11,297 nucleotides of DNA from Paraphysomonas bandaiensis (taxonomy: Eukaryota > Protista > Chrysophyceae). A model generated the notes under the pieces. That model did not search any database, was not told where the DNA came from, and saw only the letters and a program-made list of their open reading frames with translations. Made by a program: the position numbers and the translations under genes. Position 1 is the stretch's first letter, and each line of letters starts with the position of its first letter. Positions 1-8,461 of this stretch are shown in pieces. Where the stretch lies: positions 1 to 11,297 of the forward strand of contig CBFFRP010000313.1 in NCBI GenBank assembly GCA_965644295.1. The letters are read 5' to 3'.

Positions 1-240
1 TTATATTAGTTTTTATCATCATGCTTTGTATTCGTTGTAATAATTGTATTCGCTATGGTGATATTATTCGTTTGTGTATATTTGTTGCATGAAGTATGTT
101 ATAGTAGGCACATGACTGTACTGGATGCATCTAGTATTGGTTATATAATATATATTATATTATTACCTCTACTACTGTACTACGTTAATAGTTATATTTT
201 TGTTGTTGATGTGATATTATTTGTTTTTTATGCTGATTAA
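1..240. other. AT-rich, T-skewed low-complexity non-coding DNA
   Basis: TAT/TGT-rich sequence. GTGATATTATT occurs at 58-68 and 211-221. The overlapping ORF is compositionally biased (I/Y/V/L/F). Confidence 0.6.
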
Positions 241-1420
241 ATTAGTTGCCACACACAGAGCTTCACTTCTGTATGAATACAGTATATGCTTACAACAACG
301 ATTAATGAGTTATACACCGAGACGTAAATACACGTATCAAGGAAATTGTCAAAAGGCCGAGGCTGGGAATATGCTTAAAAGCTCGAACCAAACAGAGGCC
401 TCTGGTTACGCTATGTTTTCGTGCAATGGACTCACAACATTATTTGCAGCAATGCACAAGCAATCCCGAGACAACTGAGCATTTTGTAATCTGTGTTGTT
501 ACCACTAGTCTAGAGTAATAGATAGATAAATGCAATAAGTTCTCTCATGTAATAATCAGATCTTATTATATATGGACTCACAACATGGTAAAACATTAGC
601 ATATTTGTAATGTGAAATTAGAATACTGTGAAATTTCTCACTCTTTTCTTTCACACAGTGCTGTGGCTTGATTTTGACCTTCCACATGTTGCCGATGTGT
701 GTTTACTCTCTATTACCACCAGCAGCAGTCTCCCAACCATCTTGCCAGCTCTGGCGGTATTTTTGGTGGCAGGGCCAACGTATTTGTTTATCTGAGGTAG
801 TACTGAGTTAACGTCTCTAGGAGTGAATCTATGCGTTTATCAATCTCAGAGATATTTGGTTCGAAAATGATAAGTAATAACGCGACTCATTATCCTGCAT
901 CCGATTTGTAGAACAAACGTAATAAATATGTACATAACTTCGTATGGTCTTTGAAACAAGGGTAGAGTGTGGAAGTGCTGATGGTTTCGTATAATATAGT
1001 AACTGAACATAATAATATGTATGATACTCAATTAAAATCAAAATTGGGATAATTATTTCTCATCCTTTATATTGGTGTACTTGTCGCTGCTACCAACCAA
1101 TATTTAACAATCTTAAATGTTATATAGACATCTTCTTATGCAGTCAATGTATTTCAGTATATCTAACCTTTAATCATGTAATTTATTTCATTAAGTTCAT
1201 ACAATACGACATCGTTAAGTCTTTAACTACTGCACTCTTCAATAAAACGAGGACCCCTTCGGGGTTTGAAGGAACATGATCACCTTCTTCTCTACTTGAT
1301 TTTTAATTGACGATTATAACTCAAAAATCTCACAAAAAAGAAAACTCAACATGACGAACGCTTTGCATGCATCCCAATCGTGTGATCAATGCTGTCTACA
1401 TCAGTGCTTACGCTGCCACT

Positions 1421-1743
1421 GGAGATGTTGTAGATACTTATTCGCCTTCTTAGGCGTAGTGCCACGTGGCTCGGAGGTATGTGGATGAAGGTCTTGCAAC
1501 AGTTTTTCGGAATGATCGGTTCTTTTGCTGTCTGTCTCTAGTAGCCTGGCTTTTACACTAATCTATGACTTCAATAAATAATAATACAGCACTATCTTTA
1601 CGATGGATGTCTACAGTTTCATAACATTTTTCTAATACCCTTATATCTAAAATATCCTGTGTAACAAATGAAGTCCTTGAGTTTAATTCTAACCTTACTT
1701 TACGCAATCCAGCGTTACTATCTGCATATATTTTGATGATTTG
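1421..1743 (+). pseudogene. Possible highly decayed Copia reverse-transcriptase core relic
   Basis: Short motif-like words in Copia order and roughly Copia spacing, in different frames: GDVVDTYSP (1421-1447), YLY-DG (from 1593), ICIYFDDL (1720-1743). The intervening conserved motifs are not recognisable. Confidence 0.22.
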
Positions 1744-2044
1744 ACGACTTACATTAAAGTGAATAGGTTACTATAATTAAGAAAAACGACTTGCCTACTA
1801 ACCCAAAAACTTACAGTACAGACCAAAATGTTGTGTCTGAAAGGCAAACACTGCATAAAACAATTGAATGACAGAATAATTTCTACCGTGAAAAACAATT
1901 TTACGCGACTTTAGAGTGTCTGCTATGAAAGGTCTCATACCATCATTCATACAGCATTCCCATTAAAATAATTGTGATGAAACCCAAGTGATAAAACCAT
2001 TCACAACAATACGTCACGATGAGTATACAAGGGAATCCATTCTT

Positions 2045-2262
2045 TCCAGCACATTGTAGCATGATGCCATGATGTCGAAAAAATACAGAACAAATTTATG
2101 TCCAACACGAAAGCTGAGCATATATGGATCAAACACAATAACATCATACCCATCTGAGAGAGCTGAGTATGTGGGTGTCAAACATAACACCATAAAATAT
2201 TTTATATATCAGAAATCTTATGTGGTACAAACTTTATGATAATTGATTCAGTAATGCGTATG
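2045..2262. repeat. Direct repeat copy 1 (218 bp), duplicate of the GTPase stop codon and 3' flank
   Basis: Aligns with 2407-2625 with 3 substitutions and one 1-nt indel (aaatcttatg vs aaatctttatg). Weaker similarity continues ~25 bp further (cttccactttccaccatct vs cttccaccttccagcagct). Confidence 0.97.
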
Positions 2263-2406
2263 GATGATATACTTCCACTTTCCACCATCTTAGAGAGGGT
2301 ATAAGTCATTGCAAACTCTGATAATCTTCACGTGGTATAAAACTCATGACAAACACAACAGTCAACGCTGGCGGAAGAAATCCTAGAGTTCATTCCTGTC
2401 TTCGAA

Positions 2407-2625
2407 TCCAGCACACTGTAGCATGATGCCATGACGTCAAAAAAATACAGAACAAATTTATGTCCAACACGAAAGCTGAGCATATATGGATCAAACACAA
2501 TAACATCATACCCATCTGAGAGAGCTGAGTATGTGGGTGTCAAACATAACACCATAAAATATTTTATATATCAGAAATCTTTATGTGGTACAAACTTTAT
2601 GATAATTGATTCAGTAATGCGTATG
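2407..2625. repeat. Direct repeat copy 2 (219 bp); contains the last codons and TAA of the GTPase ORF
   Basis: Same alignment as copy 1. Period 362 bp, 144-bp spacer at 2263-2406. Confidence 0.97.
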
Positions 2626-5527
2626 CGTATCTTCCACCTTCCAGCAGCTCATGGTCTCTGGATGAAGCAATTTTATCCATATATTGTTCAAAGTTATCAC
2701 AGTATCTATTTATAAACTGGAATATGGAATCACAGGACTTCGCAGCTGATTTTACAGCAGCGCCCTGGCAATTCCCATTAAACCTTTTTACAAAATCAAC
2801 TTGGAGTTTGTATATCACAGAACTTGTATCACTGCTGGAGGTTCCCACAACTCGATCCAAAAAAGTATTCACGGATTTCGAAAAAAAAGTTTCCAAGTAC
2901 GCTTGTAGATCGCATTCTAAACCTTCCAAGCTCTCCTTCGTTCTTTCACGAAGCAAGTCAACAACGTGTGCTTTACAGGTAGTTTGTCCATGGCTACGCG
3001 GATCCTCACAAACGAGAGATAGAATCTTCTCAACGAAATCGCGTTTGAAGGCATAAACTACCTTCATCAAATTATCTTCGTGCTTCGCCTGGTGAGCCCT
3101 TTTCTTCTTAAAAATATTTTTAATGCTAATATCTAGAGAGGGTGTACCAAGTCTCCAAAAGTCATCAAACTGTTCTCTAATCGCTGTAGCTATTTCGTTG
3201 TTATCACTTGTTTGTGCAGACGATCGGGTGTGGTGCTGGCCCGAGTGGTGGACTACAAAAAGATTGGCCATATTTTTACCTAGCGTTGCCCTTATGTTGT
3301 CAGTCCAGTGCTCTAAGGCGACTAGTATCTTGTCCAAAAGTTCGCGAAGGTAATCACCTATTCGATGCATAATATCATCTGAAAATATTATCGCTTGCAG
3401 GTTAAGCTTTCTCCGCATTTTGGCAGGGTCTGTTTCAATGCGCAGACTCTGAGGAGATAAACTATTCGCTACACGAGACACCTCTGAGACAATTTCAGAT
3501 ATCTCACTACCACTAAGTAGAGAAGGCGAGCTATTCCCTGACGTTATCCGCATAACACCTCTACAAGCAACCCGTAGCTCCCACTGAGGAGCATTTAATT
3601 TTTCCTTAAGTCTTTCGCGGCCTTCCTTATTCTTTTTGTATTGTCTTAGTGTCGTTTGGAACAGATTTGCAACAGATATTATACTGTCATAGAGTGGGCT
3701 TCTATTCTGATGCCCTATTGTACCATCTTGAATACCCTGCAAAACGTTTTCTGCACGACACAGTCCCATACGTATGCGCTCCTTTACCCTCGTCATTGTG
3801 GTCTTCCTGAGTCCGTGCTGATACAGTAAACCGATTCGAATAAAACGTTCACCATTCGTAAAGTCAATAAGGTCGCTCACTCTATCCGTGCCATATCTAC
3901 TAGCCAAATTCTTCCTTCCATCTATACTTGTTAGAAGTGACGAGAACAATAGTATTTGAAGAGGATACGTGTATATTCCTTCCCGCATTATACGATCAAC
4001 TTCATCATTCAACTCTTGACCACGAACATACTGCCTTCGTTGTGTCTTAAATACACCTTTTAATGCCTTCATATTTCCATTAACAAATGTTTCATGTTCT
4101 CTTTTAAGACGATTTAAATTTGTTTCATCTTGAAGTAAATTCATTGCAGTGGGATGCTCACTCTTTTCATCATATTTAATCCAATAAAACATGTATCGAG
4201 AAGGATCGTTTGCTCGTTTAGTAAAGAATTCTTTACCATATCTTTCCTTGCTCATATCATCTGCTAATGGAGATCGATAACAATCTGTAGAAGAGTCGAT
4301 TGCTAATACAATATCACTGCTATTCATTGCATCATCTAAATACTTCTCATTAAATGAATCTTGATCACAGCACCCGGGAGGATCGACATATCGACAATCA
4401 CGGAGTATACGTGAGGGGACATATACATGTACAGCCTCTAATAAGACCCTTAAACGAGGATGAGATGTATAATATGCAATCTTTGATGCCACATATTCAC
4501 GATCGTCATTTGGTGACTTCCCATCTCCACAAAAACACAGTGTTTTACCTATATGACTCTCTATGATATCATCATATCTGTGTGTGTCCCATGGGGACGG
4601 ATAACTTCGAAAGTGTTCTGGTAACCACTCAAGATCTTCTTCAATATCTTCATCCTCATCATCACCAGATATATCCAATAAGGCTTTTGCTACTATAGTA
4701 GCATTCTTTACAACTCGTTTGACTTCGACTTCACATGTTTCACTTTCCGTATCATCATTGAATCCATTGAATAAATCTCCTATACAGGACACTACACTCC
4801 CTACCGCATTTTTACGTGGACGAAATACAAGAATTGCATGAAATATATCCCCATAATCAAAATATATAGGAAACTGTGTAGTTGATCCAGCTGCTGGTCG
4901 TGAGGATGGAACTATAAAGGGTCGAAACAAACGTTCATTATCCTCATCAACTGTACTTGTATTCAAATAGTAGTCTTCTTCACAGCACTTCTGAATAAGT
5001 GATAATGTTTTATCAGGTTTCGGATTTTTTCGATAATTTGTATCATTTTGTGGTTGTAGCATTTCCACATTATTTCCTGTGAAATCGTCTTTATATTCTA
5101 ATCGAAGACATTTTTTTGCATTTACTCGATAAGTTGCACTGTCCACCATAGTTAACATAAGGATCATATTCATAATGAATGATTTTCCAACCCCACTTTT
5201 TCCAAGTAAACAAATTGTTGGTTTGAAATCAATTTCTGACCTTTCTTGTTTAATGAAATCACGTACGGATCGAACTTCATCAGATATATGTTCTGATAAT
5301 TCATTTTCATCTAAAAAACATTGTAATTTTTCTTCAAAAAACTGTAATAATGAATCTAAATTATCAAAATCTAGTGAATCATCTGTGAATTGACGCTCAC
5401 AGTTATCTTCATCCTCATCATCATCCGATATGGACTCAGTTCGATTAGGTGAAGGCATTGTAACCTTCCTCTTGACTGGACTGGTGTCGTTAGTATCGTC
5501 ATGGGTTCGCTTGATCCCTCTTTCCAT
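2597..5527 (-). CDS. Intronless large dynamin-superfamily P-loop GTPase (Dynamin_N fold; SLIP-GC/NUGGC-like), ~976 aa, predicted nuclear
   Basis: Uninterrupted ORF 2597..5785. The listed start at 5785 is GTG; in-frame ATGs lie at 5698 and 5527 (MERGIKR..., preferred). Motifs: G1 ICLLGKSGVGKS (GKSGVGKS at 5180-5203); G2-like IVPSSRPAAGSTTQFP (~4868-4915); G3 YVDPPG (DPPG 4373-4384) after LLEAVHVYVPSRIL, a context recalled from NUGGC/SLIP-GC-like proteins; G4-like IKYD (4169-4180). Long helical-looking C-terminal half. N-terminal KR-x11-KRK and acidic tract DDDEDED. Confidence 0.82.
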   Translation of the reverse strand: MERGIKRTHDDTNDTSPVKRKVTMPSPNRTESISDDDEDEDNCERQFTDDSLDFDNLDSLLQFFEEKLQCFLDENELSEHISDEVRSVRDFIKQERSEIDFKPTICLLGKSGVGKSFIMNMILMLTMVDSATYRVNAKKCLRLEYKDDFTGNNVEMLQPQNDTNYRKNPKPDKTLSLIQKCCEEDYYLNTSTVDEDNERLFRPFIVPSSRPAAGSTTQFPIYFDYGDIFHAILVFRPRKNAVGSVVSCIGDLFNGFNDDTESETCEVEVKRVVKNATIVAKALLDISGDDEDEDIEEDLEWLPEHFRSYPSPWDTHRYDDIIESHIGKTLCFCGDGKSPNDDREYVASKIAYYTSHPRLRVLLEAVHVYVPSRILRDCRYVDPPGCCDQDSFNEKYLDDAMNSSDIVLAIDSSTDCYRSPLADDMSKERYGKEFFTKRANDPSRYMFYWIKYDEKSEHPTAMNLLQDETNLNRLKREHETFVNGNMKALKGVFKTQRRQYVRGQELNDEVDRIMREGIYTYPLQILLFSSLLTSIDGRKNLASRYGTDRVSDLIDFTNGERFIRIGLLYQHGLRKTTMTRVKERIRMGLCRAENVLQGIQDGTIGHQNRSPLYDSIISVANLFQTTLRQYKKNKEGRERLKEKLNAPQWELRVACRGVMRITSGNSSPSLLSGSEISEIVSEVSRVANSLSPQSLRIETDPAKMRRKLNLQAIIFSDDIMHRIGDYLRELLDKILVALEHWTDNIRATLGKNMANLFVVHHSGQHHTRSSAQTSDNNEIATAIREQFDDFWRLGTPSLDISIKNIFKKKRAHQAKHEDNLMKVVYAFKRDFVEKILSLVCEDPRSHGQTTCKAHVVDLLRERTKESLEGLECDLQAYLETFFSKSVNTFLDRVVGTSSSDTSSVIYKLQVDFVKRFNGNCQGAAVKSAAKSCDSIFQFINRYCDNFEQYMDKIASSRDHELLEGGRYAYALLNQLS

Positions 5528-6665
5528 TAGATGTTTGTTATCACTGTTACTGCAATGTTTGATGTATTGTAAGATATGAATGAAAGAATGAGTGCTGTCC
5601 CAATGTGTGTTTGTGACAAAATGTCCAAAGCACAAGATTATGGAAAAAATCCGCCAGTCATATCTTGAAAGGTTGGGTACACAGTGAGCTGAAAACATAT
5701 CTTGCACGGATGAACCCTCCAGAACCCTAAAAATCAGGGATTTTCCTGTAAATGTATAGTAATTATTATGTAAAGATATTGACACAGGCTAGTCATTACT
5801 TTACAGATGTAGTTCAAGTAAACTAAACTTGCTGTGGTGGACACGATGACGTTTACAGATTTTTGATTGGTGTTGTATTACTTGCAGGGCGAGAAAATTT
5901 AAAGGAGCACCAAGACATTCAATCTTGCTCGCACAGACCGCTGGTGAGCACCCGATAGACTCTCACAGAGCCCAATATAAGTCTATTAGACTATGATTAA
6001 AATTTTAGTTTCGTGTAATGCACCTTTTTTTCAGTAATAGAATCCTAACGACCTCGATAAGCACGTGTTGCAGCATTTCCCAGCATCTCAATGGGACAGC
6101 GAACACCCCAACAAGGGCAAGATAAGAAGGCTGTGAAGCCCAGTATGGTCTGTAAGGGCCATATTAAGCACAAGCTGGTTAGACCTTGTTTAGCGATTGA
6201 GCAGGAGGTTTTTTACCGGCTTCAGTTCCTGTGAAGCGCAAGGTGAACCACGTCCTGAGCACCCTCTCCCCTCCTGGGAGCACTACTAATGGTAGTTCAT
6301 CCACAATGCCATCCCTCGCATCTTTGAGGGGCATTGTGAAGGCAGTGCATCAGTGCCATTCACCACAGAACTTTTTCTTGCCTCACATGGACGTAGTTAC
6401 TTAATGTCATTTTTGGAATTAATATATTTATGTTATTAGCTAATGTTGATTGCTCTGTTATACGTATTTCTATATATGAAATTTTATCAAATTGGTATTG
6501 TTATATATTTACTGTGGATAGAGTGATCAATTAGGATATACTTAGCAGTTAATTAAAATAATTTATATTATAATCAACAACTTTCAATAATTTATTTTCA
6601 TAATTTAAGAAGTATTATTTACTAGAATTTCCAAGAGCTTTATACTTCCAAATAGTCCAAATTTT

Positions 6666-7512
6666 CTAGCCTAAAAGTTCGAAATTACTGACATTGGACT
6701 CTTATATTATTATTTAGGTATTTCCATTCACCAGGACTTCGATAAGAGATAAGAATATCACGACTTTATGTCAGGAGCAACTTTATGTATGTCACCAAGC
6801 TATTGGAAAAATTCAATATATGTCTAATTGTAAACCAATTTCTACACCAATGTTGCACTTATCATTCAATTATGATATATAATATATATGCACGAGCCTA
6901 ATCATTTATTGTACTCGAATCAACAATATGTTCAAAACTTCCCATACGAGGAGCTCGCTGGATCCCTCAAGTACCTAGCTGTACGCAGTCTAAACACTTG
7001 TTAGATTTTCTGATATGCCTAACCTTACTACATGTGATGCTGTGCTGCATGTTGGTGCCTCAAAGGCGCTGCCAAGCAAGGATTAATATATTGTGGATCC
7101 CACCCAACATTGTCAGGATACTGCGATAGCGATTGGGCACGCTGCAACCTCACTCGACGGTCCACTACCTTCATATTTTTCATAGGTGTCTTATATTAAG
7201 GCAATCTCGATTACAGACAACAGTAGCATTGTCGTCTACTGAAGCAGAATATCTTCAGCATCTCAGGAAGAATTATGGTTACGATCTTTATTATCAGAAA
7301 TTGGTTTCAATCTCCCATTTTCAAAACTAATTAAGGGCGATAATAAACGTGCAGTCCAATGACGTTACAATCCTACTCATCATCGCCGTGCAAAACACAT
7401 CGCGATTCGATATCACTTTATTCTTTATTCGAGAAAATATTGCCAAAAACCTATTGACTGTTCATCACATATCCACCACGTCAATACCAACCTTCTCACA
7501 AAACCACTAGGA
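6666..7512 (+). mobile_element. Degenerate Ty1/Copia LTR retrotransposon pol fragment (C-terminal RT plus RNase H)
   Basis: Ordered Copia motifs across frameshifts and stops: FEITDIG..YYLGI (6678-6722), KLLEKFN..CKPISTPM (6829-6852), PYEELAGSLKYLA, GYCDSDWA....RRST (from 7116), QTTVALSSTEAEY (VALSSTEAEY 7223-7252), LWLRSLLSEIG, GDNK, HRRAKHIAIRYHF (KHIAIRYHF 7393-7419), TKPLG (7498-7512). No LTR or PPT recognised. Confidence 0.95.
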
Positions 7513-7926
7513 ACAAACTAAATTGCGAACATCCCATCCAGCAACAATAAAAAATGGTCAACAATCTCAGAGACACCCAAATCACTAATATCAAGCCATA
7601 AGCGGCCTAGGTGGCTAGTATGAGTAGCACGGACTAATTTTGTTCAATACATACATGATGCTGGACTAGAAAGATGGAAACATCCTTCTTACTATTGTTA
7701 AGCTTAAATAACTAGGCATGTTGAAGTATAAACCCAGATAGCTGGCTTTATCAAATTCATGCTCTTGCATTCCACGTATTCAACGAATCACCATTCTATG
7801 TAAATTATAAAACTAAAATTTAAGTACACATCATGCAAAATGCACGCATCACATGACTAACACTGCACTTAACTACTGCATCCAGCAACCTTACTGAAAA
7901 AAACTATTAACAAGGAAGTAGTAAAA

Positions 7927-8461
7927 TTATTCATTGTTAGTGGCATCAGTTTCCTGGGTCTCATTTTCTGTGGTAGACTTCTTACGACTAGAGCTTGCAT
8001 TGGTCGTAGCCGTCTGCAAAGAAATAGTAGTAACATGACTATCACAAATTTATAGTTTAACGTGTACCTTTTTAGCATTCTCCTTTCTCGAAGCCGGAGA
8101 GGTGACTGAAGATAAGGAAAATAGCCTTAAGAAACGATCGTATGAGTGGTATAACTCTATATTATATTATGCGGTGCATTACCTCTCTTCGTTTCCTATC
8201 GTTTTCCTTTTTTTGATCCGTTCCGCTGACAAATAGCACCCCCATCCCGAAAATATATTCCCAAAATCTCTGGTATCCTCCAAGTAACTTGATTCCAGCT
8301 CATATATTTGTTTCTCGATAGTGTTCAACTCGGCTCTGAGACTATTACAAATATATTGAAACAATTAATTTTAATATTGCAAACTTTCAAAAGCGTTACT
8401 CTTTGCGCTTTCTTTCTGTTCCCGCCGCAATACTGGCTGTGGGGGTCTCATTGCTTGGCAT
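7927..8461 (-). CDS. EAF6: Chromatin modification protein Eaf6/MEAF6 (NuA4 histone acetyltransferase subunit), 4 exons, 121 aa
   Basis: Exons 8461-8400, 8341-8183, 8125-8068, 8013-7927, joined by GT-AG introns of 58, 57 and 54 nt. Protein: MPSNETPTASIAAGTERKRKDLRAELNTIEKQIYELESSYLEDTRDFGNIFSGWGCYL...NEERLFSLSSVTS...NNE*. The E.QIY..E.SYL...GNI..GW and ERLFS.SS.TS motifs are Eaf6 hallmarks. Confidence 0.95.

Noticed and set aside
55-1041. Short ORFs 55..240, 221..478, 829..1041 and 846..1031
   Set aside because: Low-complexity or AT-biased, with no recognisable homology or coherent exon chain.
1251-1267. GC hairpin ACCCC-TTC-GGGGT as a terminator, Helitron 3' hairpin or ribozyme stem
   Set aside because: Eukaryotic context, only a 5-bp core, no CTRR at the expected distance on either strand, and no hammerhead core motifs.
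2045-2625. TRIM or miniature LTR element (two ~218-bp repeats around 144 bp)
   Set aside because: No TG...CA termini on either strand, no flanking TSD and no convincing PBS. Similarity also trails past the repeat edge.
2328-2715. ORFs 2328..2555 (-) and 2431..2715 (+); faint Ulp1-like H...D.S pattern in the former
   Set aside because: They lie in the duplicated 3' flank or antisense to the large ORF. The His-Asp spacing is off and no Q..DCG motif follows.
2724-5393. Plus-strand ORFs 2724..3056, 3123..3353, 4354..4566 and 5175..5393
   Set aside because: Antisense shadows of the long GTPase ORF with no recognisable motifs.
6228-6245. PVKRKV peptide on the + strand echoing SPVKRKV in the GTPase NLS
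   Set aside because: The codons differ and the similarity does not extend, so it is most likely coincidence.
7593-7619. AGCCA...TGGCT hairpin followed by CTAGT as a Helitron 3' end
   Set aside because: Weak stem that overlaps the CTAG; no Rep/helicase remnant or matching 5' end seen.
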